Positions 19,826-29,770 are shown, counted from the stretch's first letter. The stretch: 64,000 bases of DNA from an uncultured delta proteobacterium (GCA_963711835.1 CAVQFQ010000015.1:32001-96000); one strand, 5' to 3'. Program-made: numbers and translations. Notes: generated from the letters alone by a model not told the origin.

Positions 19826-21973
19826 TTATTTTTCCTCCGGATAGATCCTGCACAGGAGCGTTCTGATGCTGGTTGCTCCTATGGCCGGATCCATGGTTTC
19901 ATAGGCATTGTCGGTCAGGATATTAATATTCGATTCATCCCAGCCATGGCCGGGATCTTTATTCTCGGGAAACCACCAGCCATGTTGGGCGGCCACTATC
20001 CGCGGGTCCATGCCGGCAAACAGACGGGCCCGTTGTCTGACTTTTCCCCGCCGGGATTCGATGATGACCCAGTCGCCCTCAACAATCCCTTCCCTGGCCG
20101 CGGCATCAGGATGGATTTCCAACACCGGATCCGGGTGAAGCTCCCTGAGCCAGGGCACCTGACGGTTTTCTGTATGAAAGAACCCAGGCTGCCTGGCTCC
20201 GGTGATCAGGATGTACGGGTATTCCTGAAAAAGCTCCGGCGTGCTGGCCGGGCTCTCGGGAGGTTCCCGGAACTGGGGCAAAGGGTCACAGCCCATCTTT
20301 TCGAGACTGGTGCAGTAGAGCTCAAATTTCCGGGTAGGCGTGGAAAACCCCGTTTCCTTGTACTTCTGATATTTGACCTCCCCCCGGATACAGTCCATTT
20401 TTTTGAATTCCTGCCAGGTGAGGCCCATGGGTTTCAGGATGTAATCGAGACCGCCCTCAAAGGTATCCCACCACATCTCCCCCTGGCCGATGCGATGGGC
20501 CAAGTCGTTGAGCATCTCATGGTCCGACCGGCACTCCCCGATCTGGGCCACTTTACGGCGCGGCAGGAGGCGGCCGTGGCGCTTCCAGAAATCGCCGATG
20601 TAGTCCATCTCCAGCCAGGTGGCGGCCGGCAGTACAATGTCAGCCAGTTCCGCCGTGGGGGTCATAAAAAAATCGGCCACGGCCATGAAGTCCACCTTCT
20701 CCAGGGCACTGTAAACCTCCCGGGCATTGGCCCGTGTTATAAGAGGGTTGGAGCTGATGAAAAAGAGCATCTTCACCGGGTAAGGCTCCTCGGTCAGAAT
20801 GGCATCCCAGACCGCCTTGGGCTGGATGATGGCAAATCGGCCGGCAAGCCGGAAACGGTCCCCGCCCAATCGTTTTTCGGCCTGCTCCGGCGGCAGCATG
20901 CCGTGAGCCCCGAACTTGCCTACATTATGAATGGGAGGGGTCTTAAAGAGGACCTGGCCGCCGGGCACATCGATGTTTCCGGTGATGCCCATGAGGCACA
21001 TCAGGACCCGGTCGTTATCGGCGCAGGTGTTCTGCTGTTCGATGGCCACTCCCCACTGGATAGCCGCCGGTTTGGTGTTGGCAAAGAGGCGAGCCGCTTG
21101 CTGAATTTTTTCTCGGGGAATCCAGGTAATCTGTTCGACTTTCTCAAGAGGATATTCGTTTACCCGTTTTACGAACTCCTCCCAGCCATGGGTGTAATGT
21201 TCCACGAATTCCCGGTCATAAAGTCCTTCGTTGACGATGACATTGGCCAGGCCCAGGGCCAGGGCCGTATCCGTCCCCGGCCGGAGCGGCAGCCAGAGGT
21301 CGGCCCGGGCCGCAGCTCGGGTCAGCCGGGGATCCACCACAATCAGTTTCGCGCCCGCATCCAGAGCCACTGAAAAGGGCTCACCCTTGTAGCAGTCGGG
21401 GTTGCTGATGACGACGTTGTTCCCCCACATCATGAGACATCGGGGATGATTTTCGTAGTCCACAATCGGGTTGGTACCGCAGGTGAGGATACTTGTGGCG
21501 ATCCGCGGGCCATAGCAGAAATGGCCGGCAGTAAGCACATTCGGGGAGCCGAGCAGGTTGGCGATGCGGTAGATGACCGCCTCGTTCTCGCGGCCGGTCC
21601 CATAGCCAAAGACAATGGACTCGGCGCCGTATCTTTCTTTATAGGCCAAGATGCGCTCGGCGATCGTGTCGAGGGCCTCATCCCAGGAGATGCGCTCCCA
21701 TTTACCGCTGGCCTTGGGGCCGACCCGTCTCACCGGGAAGGTGAGCCGGTCGGGGTGGTAAACGAGTTGGGTGGAGGCCAGACCCTTGCTGCACAGGGTC
21801 CCGTGATTGATGGGGCAATCCGGGTCGCCGGCTATCTTGGCGATCCTGCCGTCCTTGACATAGACCAGGACCCCGCAGCCGCCGTGACAATTGCGGCAGT
21901 GGCTCCTGACCATGGAATCATACCCGTAAACCTCCATTTCCCGCTCGACATTCGAAACCTGGAACTCAACCAT
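19826..21973 (-). CDS. Cytoplasmic Mo/W-bisPGD oxidoreductase, acetylene-hydratase-like clade
   Basis: CRNCHGGC...C Fe-S motif, ISWDEALD, LLGSPN...HFC, TPTAELADIVLPAATWLE; no Tat signal. Confidence 0.88.
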   Translation of the reverse strand: MVEFQVSNVEREMEVYGYDSMVRSHCRNCHGGCGVLVYVKDGRIAKIAGDPDCPINHGTLCSKGLASTQLVYHPDRLTFPVRRVGPKASGKWERISWDEALDTIAERILAYKERYGAESIVFGYGTGRENEAVIYRIANLLGSPNVLTAGHFCYGPRIATSILTCGTNPIVDYENHPRCLMMWGNNVVISNPDCYKGEPFSVALDAGAKLIVVDPRLTRAAARADLWLPLRPGTDTALALGLANVIVNEGLYDREFVEHYTHGWEEFVKRVNEYPLEKVEQITWIPREKIQQAARLFANTKPAAIQWGVAIEQQNTCADNDRVLMCLMGITGNIDVPGGQVLFKTPPIHNVGKFGAHGMLPPEQAEKRLGGDRFRLAGRFAIIQPKAVWDAILTEEPYPVKMLFFISSNPLITRANAREVYSALEKVDFMAVADFFMTPTAELADIVLPAATWLEMDYIGDFWKRHGRLLPRRKVAQIGECRSDHEMLNDLAHRIGQGEMWWDTFEGGLDYILKPMGLTWQEFKKMDCIRGEVKYQKYKETGFSTPTRKFELYCTSLEKMGCDPLPQFREPPESPASTPELFQEYPYILITGARQPGFFHTENRQVPWLRELHPDPVLEIHPDAAAREGIVEGDWVIIESRRGKVRQRARLFAGMDPRIVAAQHGWWFPENKDPGHGWDESNINILTDNAYETMDPAIGATSIRTLLCRIYPEEK

Positions 21974-22339
21974 TAAACCCCCCAATGCGGCTCATAGCCG
22001 CAAGCAAAGTTTGGCTTTCGTATAATCCTTTATAGAGGATATTTTTGGTTATGGCTAATCCTTTCATCAACGCCGAATGCCTCTTCAGCCAGGTTGACCT
22101 CTTCAGGGATTCTGGCTAATAAACCAATCAGGCTTTTAGAATCCCTGAAAAAAAATTTCTATTGAACCGGGAGAAAAAGACTTAAAATGAACCTTCGAGG
22201 TTTGATCCTGATTGCGAATAGACCGGAAAAAAAATGGGGCCAGGCCATATCCACTCATGGATGACCTGACCCCAACACCTATAGTGATTTGGCAGATCAA
22301 ACTCCCTGGTTTACCCTGAGAATTAGGGACGGCCTCTCC

Positions 22340-22939
22340 TTAGGGCTCCAACTGGCCGATAAACTCTTCCACGGTCAGCGTCTGTCCCAGCAGCGGGAAG
22401 ATCTTTTCTTCGGCGTACTTCTGCTCCTCAGGGCTGGTGGCTGCAGTAGCATCCTTGATGACCGTTACGGCATACCCTTTGTCGTAGGCGGTACGGGAGG
22501 TACTCTCTACACAGAAATTGGTCAGGAAGCCGGCGATAGCCACGTTTTTGACCTTGGCACCCTGGAGCAACTCTCCCAGGTCGGTGTTGTTGAAGCCGCA
22601 GAGGGTGCACTTCCCGCTGACGACCTTGTCGCCCGCCGCGGGCTTTAACTCGTCGATAATCGCCGCGCCCCAGGTCCCCTCGCGAAAGGCGTTGCCGTCG
22701 GCCACGGCCTTGACGATACCCTTCATCTCATGCTCACTGCAATACTGCGGGTTAAAAACAAAGGGGGCATAGATCACTACAGCCCCTTTCTGCCGGGCCC
22801 CCTCAGCCAGTTTGACGGCGTTGGGTATCGTCCCCTGGCGGGCGATCTCATCCTTAACCCCGCCATAGAGCTTGCCGCCCTCTTTGCAGAACTCGTTTTG
22901 AAATTCAATCAGAATCACGGCGGTTTCTTTTGCCTTCAT
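22340..22939 (-). CDS. Isochorismatase-family cysteine hydrolase
   Basis: IEFQNEF, GFLTNFCVESTSRTAYDKGY. Confidence 0.9.
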   Translation of the reverse strand: MKAKETAVILIEFQNEFCKEGGKLYGGVKDEIARQGTIPNAVKLAEGARQKGAVVIYAPFVFNPQYCSEHEMKGIVKAVADGNAFREGTWGAAIIDELKPAAGDKVVSGKCTLCGFNNTDLGELLQGAKVKNVAIAGFLTNFCVESTSRTAYDKGYAVTVIKDATAATSPEEQKYAEEKIFPLLGQTLTVEEFIGQLEP

Positions 22940-23298
22940 GAGAATGCCTCCTTTCTGAAGCTATCCGGCCTGTAGGCCTATGATAAGTTTGTTTTCCATT
23001 TGACGGTTATCTTCCCCAATGATAGGGAACTTTTTTATCACAGTATTATAAGACGAAAAATGAAAAAGGGTCAAGTCGAAAGGACCTCTCCAGCCAGGTT
23101 GACTTCTTCGAGGATTCTGGATAATAAACTAACCAGGCTTTTAGATTTCCTGAAACCTGACCGGGAAGAAGTTGCTGAGTGAACTTATACCATTGATTCT
23201 TTCCAGGGGATAATCGACCTCTCCCTTTTTCTAAATTAAAATTGTCATGTCTCCGGATTAATGGTATTAAAATTTATAAATTAATTTTGGGAGGTCTT

Positions 23299-24453
23299 AT
23301 GGGTAAACGGGTATTGAGAACCAAACTTTGTGATTTGTTGGGTATAGAATATCCCATCTTGAGCGCCGGCATGGGTCCCACCCTTATTGGGGAACGCACC
23401 GGCGCGCCGGTAGAACTGGTGGTGGCTGTTTCGGAAGCAGGAGGACTGGGAGTCCTGGGCGGCAGCGGCTTCACCGTGGACGAATTGCGGGAGGCCATCC
23501 GGGAAATCAGGGCCAAAACGGACAAGCCCTTCGGGGTGGACCTTCTCCTGCCCCAAAAGCTGGATCTGGGCGGCGGTCTGGGGCAGGAGGGGATCAAAGG
23601 TTTACCCCTCAGCCAGATATTAAGAACTCTTCCCAAGCCCCATCAGGACTGGATCGAGAAGATCAGGCGGGAGATGGCCATCCCCGAAGCCGAGATCATG
23701 GTCAGGATGGACACCACCACCATGCGCCCCTTAGAGGCGGTCAAGGTCTGTATCGAGGAAAAGGTCCCCCTGTTTTGCGCAGGCCTGGGAAATCCCGGTT
23801 TTATGGTAGAGGAGGCCCATGCCCAGGGCATCAAGGTCCTGGCCATCACCGGAAATGTAAAGAACGCCCGGCGCATGGCCCAGTCCGGGATTGACCTGCT
23901 GGTGGCCCAAGGGCACGAAGGAGGAGGCCACACCGGACGTATCGGCACCATGGCCCTCCTGCCTCAGGTCATCGATGCCGCCTCACCAGTGCCGGTCCTG
24001 GCAGCCGGCGGCATCGGCGACGGCCGCGGGATAGCAGCCGCCTTGGCCATGGGTTGTGTCGGGGTCTGGGTGGGCACCCGCTTCCTGGCCACGAATGAAG
24101 GAGGGGCCCTGGAGGTGAACAAGCGGCGTATCATCGAATCCACGGATGAAGACACCCGGGTCAGCCGGGCCTATACCGGAAAGACCTTGCGGGCCAGCTA
24201 TAACAAGTTCCACGACCTCTGGGACAACTCCGGGCTGGAGCCCCTGCCCTTCCCTACCCAGGTGCTCATCTCCTCGGCCCTGCTGTCCAGTTTCATCGGA
24301 GGTAATAAGGACGAATACGTCGGTGGTCTAGCCGGCCAGATCTCTGGCCTGATCAAGGAGATCAAGCCTGCCCGCCAGGTCCTGGAAGAAATGGTGGAGG
24401 AGACGGTGGAGATCCTTACCCGGAGACTGCCGGAAAATGTAATCGCAAAATAA
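23299..24453 (+). CDS. Nitronate monooxygenase/FabK-like flavoprotein
   Basis: AVSEAGGLG, QGHEGGGHTG, AAGGIGDGRG, GTRFLAT; GGAGG RBS. Confidence 0.9.
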   Translation: MGKRVLRTKLCDLLGIEYPILSAGMGPTLIGERTGAPVELVVAVSEAGGLGVLGGSGFTVDELREAIREIRAKTDKPFGVDLLLPQKLDLGGGLGQEGIKGLPLSQILRTLPKPHQDWIEKIRREMAIPEAEIMVRMDTTTMRPLEAVKVCIEEKVPLFCAGLGNPGFMVEEAHAQGIKVLAITGNVKNARRMAQSGIDLLVAQGHEGGGHTGRIGTMALLPQVIDAASPVPVLAAGGIGDGRGIAAALAMGCVGVWVGTRFLATNEGGALEVNKRRIIESTDEDTRVSRAYTGKTLRASYNKFHDLWDNSGLEPLPFPTQVLISSALLSSFIGGNKDEYVGGLAGQISGLIKEIKPARQVLEEMVEETVEILTRRLPENVIAK

Positions 24454-24488
24454 GTTCTGCGGAGAAAAGGAAAAGAAAGGAGATTATT

Positions 24489-24809
24489 ATGAAGCTCTTA
24501 AAAACAGGATCAATTTTATTGTTTATTCTTTTAGTGGGGCTGTTTCTCTGGGGTTGCGGTTCTTCAAGTTCGGGGGGACGCTCGGAAAAAACCGTGACCT
24601 ATACCGTCAACGGTTCTGATATTGTTCATAATGCTGATAATGACTACCAATATACGGTACCCACCCAGGGCACCGAATACCGGGTTCTGACCTGGGAGTG
24701 CGGGAATTATAAAACCTATACCAAGAAGAAGGTGGTCTTGACCTTCAAAAAAACCAGTGGCATCTGGGTGCTGGATGGGGAAAATATTTCTTCCGGGAAT
24801 TGTGATTAA
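24489..24809 (+). CDS. Small lipoprotein of unknown function
   Basis: LWGC lipobox, AAGGAG RBS. Confidence 0.75.
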   Translation: MKLLKTGSILLFILLVGLFLWGCGSSSSGGRSEKTVTYTVNGSDIVHNADNDYQYTVPTQGTEYRVLTWECGNYKTYTKKKVVLTFKKTSGIWVLDGENISSGNCD

Positions 24810-24810
24810 T

Positions 24811-25088
24811 TTACCTCGAGGTTGTAAAAGTTTCGGAGGTTGCAGGTCCGAGACGTCCAGGGCGACGCTGTATACGCATACTGCGAGCCCTGGACAATCC
24901 CGCCGCGGCGGGACGGCCTCCCAGACTTTCCCGAAGGGTAAAAATTGATCGATAATTTTTTGAATGCCGAACCTCACCCAGAGTGAATTTTGGCCCCAAT
25001 GCCAAAATCGTCAGAATAAACTGTTTTGCTCGATAAAAAACTCTTTCTCGATCAATTTTTATGCGACTTTGAGGCCACCCTCGGGTAC
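24811..25088. mobile_element. MITE-like intergenic element
   Basis: TACCTCGAGG / CCCTCGGGTA ends; inner AAAAATTGATCGA / TCGATCAATTTTT; hairpin TCCAGGGC...GCCCTGGA. Confidence 0.5.
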
Positions 25089-25137
25089 GATTAACGCATC
25101 CCCGACACCTGCCTGTTAAAAAAAGAAAGGATTCATC

Positions 25138-26214
25138 ATGTCGGAATTATTTGAGCGATTGAGACAACGGCTGGACGACCTGGGACCGGGTTTTCCCGTT
25201 TCAGAAAGCCGGGTGGAGATGAAAATTCTCAAGAAACTGTTTACCGAAGAGGAGGCTGAATTGTTTCTTAACCTCCCCCCTCTGCTGGAAGACCCGAACG
25301 ATACGGCCCGAAGGCTGGGCCGGGACCCTGTTCAGACCGCCGATCTCATGGAAAAGATGGCTAAAAAAGGCCTGCTATTCCGCACCAGGAAAGGCGAGCT
25401 GGTCCGTTATGCCGCCATTCCCTATGTGGTGGGTATCTTTGAGTTCCAGGTCAACAGAATGGATAAGGAGTTCGCCCGGGATATGGAGGAATACATGCAG
25501 GAGTCCTTCGATCGAACCATCGAGTCCTATAAGACGCCGATTCTTCGAACCATCCCGATCCAGAAGGATTTGGTCGCCGAGTGGCCGGTCGCCCCTTACG
25601 AGGATGTATTGGCCATCATCGACCAGCAGGAAACCATCGCCCTCTGCCCCTGCATCTGCCGGACCCTGTCCACTTTGAATGACCGGAAGTGCGACAAACC
25701 CCTGGAAGTCTGCTTTTCCTTTGGGTCCCACGCCCACTACTATGTCGAAAACCATATGGGCCGCTACATCACCAGGGAGGAAGCCAGGGAGGTCGTCAGG
25801 CAAAACGAAAAGGCCGGGCTGGTCATGCAGCCCTTCAATTCCCAGAAGGTGGGTGGGATGTGCAGTTGCTGCGGGGACTGCTGCGGTATGCTCCGGTCTT
25901 TGAAGAAACAGCCCAGACCGGCGGAGTTTGTCCAGAGTAATTATTTTGCCGCTGTAAATAGTGAGGAATGCATCGGCTGCCAGACCTGCCTGGACCGCTG
26001 CCAGATGGACGCCATCGAAATGGTCGATGACCAGGCCTCCATTTTGCTTGAGCGTTGTATCGGCTGCGGGCTGTGCGTCACCACCTGCCCCCAGGAGGCC
26101 ATGAAGCTGATTAAAAAACCGGAAGACCGGCTCTACCAGCCCCCCCAATCCGGCGCCGAGACCTATATGCGCATCGCTATGGAACGGGGCAAAAACCTGA
26201 TGCCCAGCATATAA
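25138..26214 (+). CDS. 4Fe-4S dicluster protein with N-terminal HTH-like region
   Basis: CPCICR, CSCCGDCC, CIGCQTCLDRC, CIGCGLCVTTCP. Confidence 0.88.
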   Translation: MSELFERLRQRLDDLGPGFPVSESRVEMKILKKLFTEEEAELFLNLPPLLEDPNDTARRLGRDPVQTADLMEKMAKKGLLFRTRKGELVRYAAIPYVVGIFEFQVNRMDKEFARDMEEYMQESFDRTIESYKTPILRTIPIQKDLVAEWPVAPYEDVLAIIDQQETIALCPCICRTLSTLNDRKCDKPLEVCFSFGSHAHYYVENHMGRYITREEAREVVRQNEKAGLVMQPFNSQKVGGMCSCCGDCCGMLRSLKKQPRPAEFVQSNYFAAVNSEECIGCQTCLDRCQMDAIEMVDDQASILLERCIGCGLCVTTCPQEAMKLIKKPEDRLYQPPQSGAETYMRIAMERGKNLMPSI

Positions 26215-26221
26215 AAAAACA

Positions 26222-26270
26222 AGGGGCACATCTTCATGATCGCCATTGAAGATGTGCCCCTCCTCTTTTA
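26222..26270. terminator. Rho-independent terminator-like hairpin
   Basis: AGGGGCACATCTTCA...TGAAGATGTGCCCCT flanked by A and T runs; duplicated at about 28974-29013. Confidence 0.65.
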
Positions 26271-26351
26271 AAAATCCACAACCAACGTCAAGAAAATAAA
26301 ACCCACTTATCACTTACAGGTTAAAGGTTAGGGTAATGAAAGGAGGCAGTC

Positions 26352-27536
26352 ATGAGACGGTTTTATCTAACGGTAATATTGGCTTTGACTGGTGCCTTAC
26401 TTTTAATCCAGCCAACCAGCGCCACCGGGGCGACGCGCTTTGCCGCACCGGACGGCAGCGGCTCGGCCTGCAGCCAGTCGGCCCCCTGTTCTTTGGAAAC
26501 CGCCCTTAGCCAATCCGTGGATGGGGACACGGTTTATGCCCGCTGGGGCGTTTATACCAGCGCGACAGTCATAGGCTTTGATCATAACATCACCCTCATC
26601 GGGCGTTGGGACGGCGGGACAGGACCGGCAGTGGGGCGACTGCTTCAGGCTGATGCGACCATCCTCGATGGGGAGAATCAGCGTCGGGTCGTTTATATCA
26701 TAGGCAATGTCGCCCCGACGCTGGACGGAATTACGATCCAGGGCGGCCGGGCGAGCGAGGGCGCCGGGGTAGCCGTATACGCCGGTGCATCGGCGACACT
26801 TAATGATGTCATCGTCCGCAACAACGTCGCAACTGGTGGTGGTGGTGGTGGTGTACAGGTGGAAAATTCCACTCTGCTGATCCAGCACAGTCAGATCATC
26901 AATAACAGTACACCGTTCGGGGGGGGCGGGTTGGTCGCCGCCTTCGACAGTCAAGTCACCCTACATAATAACCTGATTGCGAATAATTCGGCGGGTGAAC
27001 GAGGCGCCGGGCTTTGGGTGCGCGATGCCACGGCTACGCTGACCAATAATACCATTGTTGGTGGACAGGGCGTGGGTGCCGACGGGATCGCTGCCTCGGA
27101 ATTGTATGGCATCACGACGCTGACGCTCACCAATAATATCATAACCGGACAAACCTACGGAGTGCGATTCGGCAACCCATTGGCGGGGGTGGCCACCATT
27201 TCCAACAATGATGTCTGGGGTAACACAACCGCAAACTACAGCGGCCTGGCCGATCCAACCGGAATGAACGGCAACATCTCGGCAGATCCGCTCTTCGTGA
27301 ACGGACCCTCCCGTTGGGCCGGAGGTTGGGATTTTGCGGGTTATTACCTGAGCCAGATCGCGGCCGGTCAACCGGTAACCAGCCCGGCAATGGATTCCGG
27401 AAGCGGCTCGGCCTCCCAGATGAACCTCGCCGCCCGCACCACGCGCAGTGACAGCCAGGTGGACAGCGGGCTGGTGGACATGGGCTTTCACTACCCTCTC
27501 TTTTACCCGGTCTTTTTACCCATCTGCATCAAATAG
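26352..27536 (+). CDS. Secreted right-handed beta-helix (pectin-lyase-fold) protein
   Basis: Signal peptide; NN-rich repeats (LHNNLIANN, LTNNTIV, NNDVWGN, GNISADPLFV); C-terminal VFLPICIK. Confidence 0.85.
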   Translation: MRRFYLTVILALTGALLLIQPTSATGATRFAAPDGSGSACSQSAPCSLETALSQSVDGDTVYARWGVYTSATVIGFDHNITLIGRWDGGTGPAVGRLLQADATILDGENQRRVVYIIGNVAPTLDGITIQGGRASEGAGVAVYAGASATLNDVIVRNNVATGGGGGGVQVENSTLLIQHSQIINNSTPFGGGGLVAAFDSQVTLHNNLIANNSAGERGAGLWVRDATATLTNNTIVGGQGVGADGIAASELYGITTLTLTNNIITGQTYGVRFGNPLAGVATISNNDVWGNTTANYSGLADPTGMNGNISADPLFVNGPSRWAGGWDFAGYYLSQIAAGQPVTSPAMDSGSGSASQMNLAARTTRSDSQVDSGLVDMGFHYPLFYPVFLPICIK

Positions 27537-27707
27537 GGATCAAGCTTATGGCGGCCGGCAAGACGGGAAACACCGGGCAAACTGCTTCATAAGACGCGAT
27601 GATCCCTTCAGACGAATTTTTCGCTGCAGCAGGGCTGAAAATAGATTTTTCTCCTTGGTTAAAAATTCCAGCCAGGTTCGACTGCCGTTTCCAATCCGGT
27701 TTTCGAA

Positions 27708-28145
27708 TTATGGCTCCCAAACCTCCGCAGGGACCAGGCCCATTCCCTGGTATTCAATCCGGTAAGGTGTGATCTTGCAGACCACATAATTGGGGTCATC
27801 CGGTCCGGAGAAGATATTTTTCAGGTGGTCAAACCAGACGGCCTTTTTGGATGTTTCATCGGTCAGGATTTCAGCCCGACCTTGGATCTGCAAATAGGAT
27901 TCAGCCGTCTCCATAGTGGTGACGCCGGTAACCAGGTGGACCTCAGGATTTTTACGGAGTTGCCCTACTTTGCGAGAGCCCATGAAGGTGGCCAGCCAGA
28001 GGGTGAGATTTTCGTCGGCAAAAGGGGTTACAAAACGCACCCAGGGCTTGCCTTCTTCGGTCAGGGTGGCCAAGGCGCAAAGCGTCGGTCCCTTAAACTT
28101 GGCCAAGATTTTTTTCTTCAGTTCCTGTTTTGATGAACTTGCCAT
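27708..28145 (-). CDS. Pyridoxamine 5'-phosphate oxidase-like FMN-binding protein
   Basis: LATLTEEGKPWVR, SRKVGQLRKNPEV, FSGPDDPNY. Confidence 0.85.
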   Translation of the reverse strand: MASSSKQELKKKILAKFKGPTLCALATLTEEGKPWVRFVTPFADENLTLWLATFMGSRKVGQLRKNPEVHLVTGVTTMETAESYLQIQGRAEILTDETSKKAVWFDHLKNIFSGPDDPNYVVCKITPYRIEYQGMGLVPAEVWEP

Positions 28146-28211
28146 TTTTTCCTCCTTTTTCCTTTTTCATGATGAAATTGATTTTAACCCTACCCTTCGA
28201 CCCAACTCTTC

Positions 28212-28793
28212 TTAAGGCCTTAAAACATGATTAAAAATGAACCGCTTATGGTTCTCAAGCGGTTCCGGTCCTTTAACTGCCTTCATGTGGATCAACGCCC
28301 CGTGCCAACTGCTAACCAGGAAATAGGCAGCCTCCTTAACATCAAGGCTTTTGGAAATCTCGCCCGCCTTTTGGGCCTCGGCCAACACTCCTGAATAGAG
28401 ATTAACCATGATCTCCATAGCAGATTTGAGCTTTTCCCGAAAAGCCGGGCTCAAGTCCCCCATCTCCTGAGCCAGATTGCCGATGGGACAGCCATAGGCA
28501 TAATCTTTTGATTTAAAAAACTCTACGAACCATACGAGAATACTATTGATTTTCTCCAAAGGAGTTAAGGCAGAATCTTCCACGACCTGCTTTACCATGG
28601 AGGTAAAAAAATTAGCAAAGTAGTCGATGACTTGAAGCCCAAAATCCTCTTTTCCACTGAAATAATTATAGAATGATCCCTTTGGTACCCCTGCGGCTTC
28701 AAGTATTTCTTGAAGTCCCGTATGATGAAATCCCTTCAGATGGATGATCTCAGCACCCGCTCCAAGAATTCTGTTCTTGATATTTTCTTTCAT
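28212..28793 (-). CDS. TetR-family regulator (NemR-like)
   Basis: GVPKGSFYNYFSGKE HTH; GCPIGNLAQE C-domain. Confidence 0.9.
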   Translation of the reverse strand: MKENIKNRILGAGAEIIHLKGFHHTGLQEILEAAGVPKGSFYNYFSGKEDFGLQVIDYFANFFTSMVKQVVEDSALTPLEKINSILVWFVEFFKSKDYAYGCPIGNLAQEMGDLSPAFREKLKSAMEIMVNLYSGVLAEAQKAGEISKSLDVKEAAYFLVSSWHGALIHMKAVKGPEPLENHKRFIFNHVLRP

Positions 28794-28831
28794 CAATGGC
28801 TCTCAATAATCAATTTCTAAATAGGTTAACC

Positions 28832-28863
28832 AAATAAATAGACCGGTCGTCTTGAAATGTCAA
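28832..28863 (-). promoter_or_regulatory. Promoter with putative TetR operator in the spacer
   Basis: TTGACA-tttcAAGACGACCGGTCTA-TTTA; the operator resembles NemR-type TAGACC boxes. Confidence 0.55.
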
Positions 28864-28883
28864 GCAAACTTTCACTTTTTCCA

Positions 28884-29014
28884 CTCTACCAGCCCCCCCA
28901 ATCGGGCGCCGAGACCTATAGGCGCATCGCCCTGGAACGGGGCAAAAGCCTGATGCCCAACCTATAAAAAACAAGGGGCACATCTCCTTGATCATCCTTG
29001 AAGATGTGCCCCTC
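28884..29014 (+). repeat. Direct repeat of the 3' end and terminator of the 4Fe-4S gene (26131-26262)
   Basis: About 13 differences over ~132 bp by manual alignment. Confidence 0.92.
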
Positions 29015-29224
29015 ATCCTCTAACATTTCTCTGCTATTTATGATCCCACCTGCTAAAACTCAGAGGCCTGTTTTCCCTCGGCTACCCTTTCCGATTTTAA
29101 TACTGAATAAGATGGCCAACGTCCGGTCCTATAAATTTCCCCCACTTTCCATGAGTCAAGAGCCGACTTGACCCCTTTCCACAATACCTGGTAAAGTTAT
29201 TTTTTTCAGCAACGTCCCCTTCGA

Positions 29225-29362
29225 TTACGGGCTCAACAGGTCTTGCACAGCCGAGAAACCTCCTTTCATCCATGTGCCCACGATGCCAACGAGAATTAAA
29301 ACCGCCGCAGCCGCCAACCAGATGTAGGCAAACCCTTTCAAGAGAACGATCCACACTTTCAT
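29225..29362 (-). CDS. Small membrane peptide (45 aa), probably truncated integron cassette 4
   Basis: AAGGAG RBS just after the attC; MKVWIVLLKGFAYIWLAAAAVLILVGIVGTWMKGGFSAVQDLLSP; no attC of its own. Confidence 0.6.
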   Translation of the reverse strand: MKVWIVLLKGFAYIWLAAAAVLILVGIVGTWMKGGFSAVQDLLSP

Positions 29363-29377
29363 GCGCTACTCCTTGAG

Positions 29378-29437
29378 GCCCAACGCTGAACTCAGCCGGC
29401 ACAGTTTTTTGCGCTCGGCTGCAGTGAGATGTTAAAG
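29378..29437 (-). mobile_element. Integron attC site (60 bp)
   Basis: Minus strand CTTTAAC-atctcaCTGCAGCCG...CGGCTGAG-ttcagc-GTTGGGC; R'' overlaps the hicB stop. Confidence 0.88.
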
Positions 29438-29770
29438 ACCGATTTCCTTTTTGATCGCATCCACACATAATTTATTGAGGCTTTGCCCTTGCTTGATTGC
29501 GGTGATTGCAATCTGTTCATGCAGTTCTCTTCCCAATCTTAAATTGAATTTTCCGGAATATCCTCTTTTAGCCGTAGCTCGCGGAAGCGGGTCTCCGTCC
29601 TTTTCATATATCTTTATCCATTCCTCAATAACATGGCAAAGTTCTTCATAAACTTTGACTTCATTGTCTCCATGAACGCCGCCCAGCATTAAACCCGGGG
29701 CTCGACCGACATAGCAGCGATCCTTTTCAGACCACTCAACAATTTTTAAATACCGATCACTTTTTTTCAT
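29432..29770 (-). CDS. hicB: HicB antitoxin (cassette 3)
   Basis: VEWSEKDRCYVG, YSGKFNLRL RHH, SLNKL. Confidence 0.9.
   Translation of the reverse strand: MKKSDRYLKIVEWSEKDRCYVGRAPGLMLGGVHGDNEVKVYEELCHVIEEWIKIYEKDGDPLPRATAKRGYSGKFNLRLGRELHEQIAITAIKQGQSLNKLCVDAIKKEIGL

Noticed and set aside
19808-21373. 521 aa + strand ORF and similar long antisense ORFs (25375-26313, 43106-44050, 45726-46796, 59401-60531)
   Set aside because: Shadows of well-supported genes on the opposite strand in GC-rich DNA, with no motifs
29097-29468. 123 aa minus-strand ORF
   Set aside because: Runs across an attC site; the RBS-supported ORF is 29225-29362 in another frame
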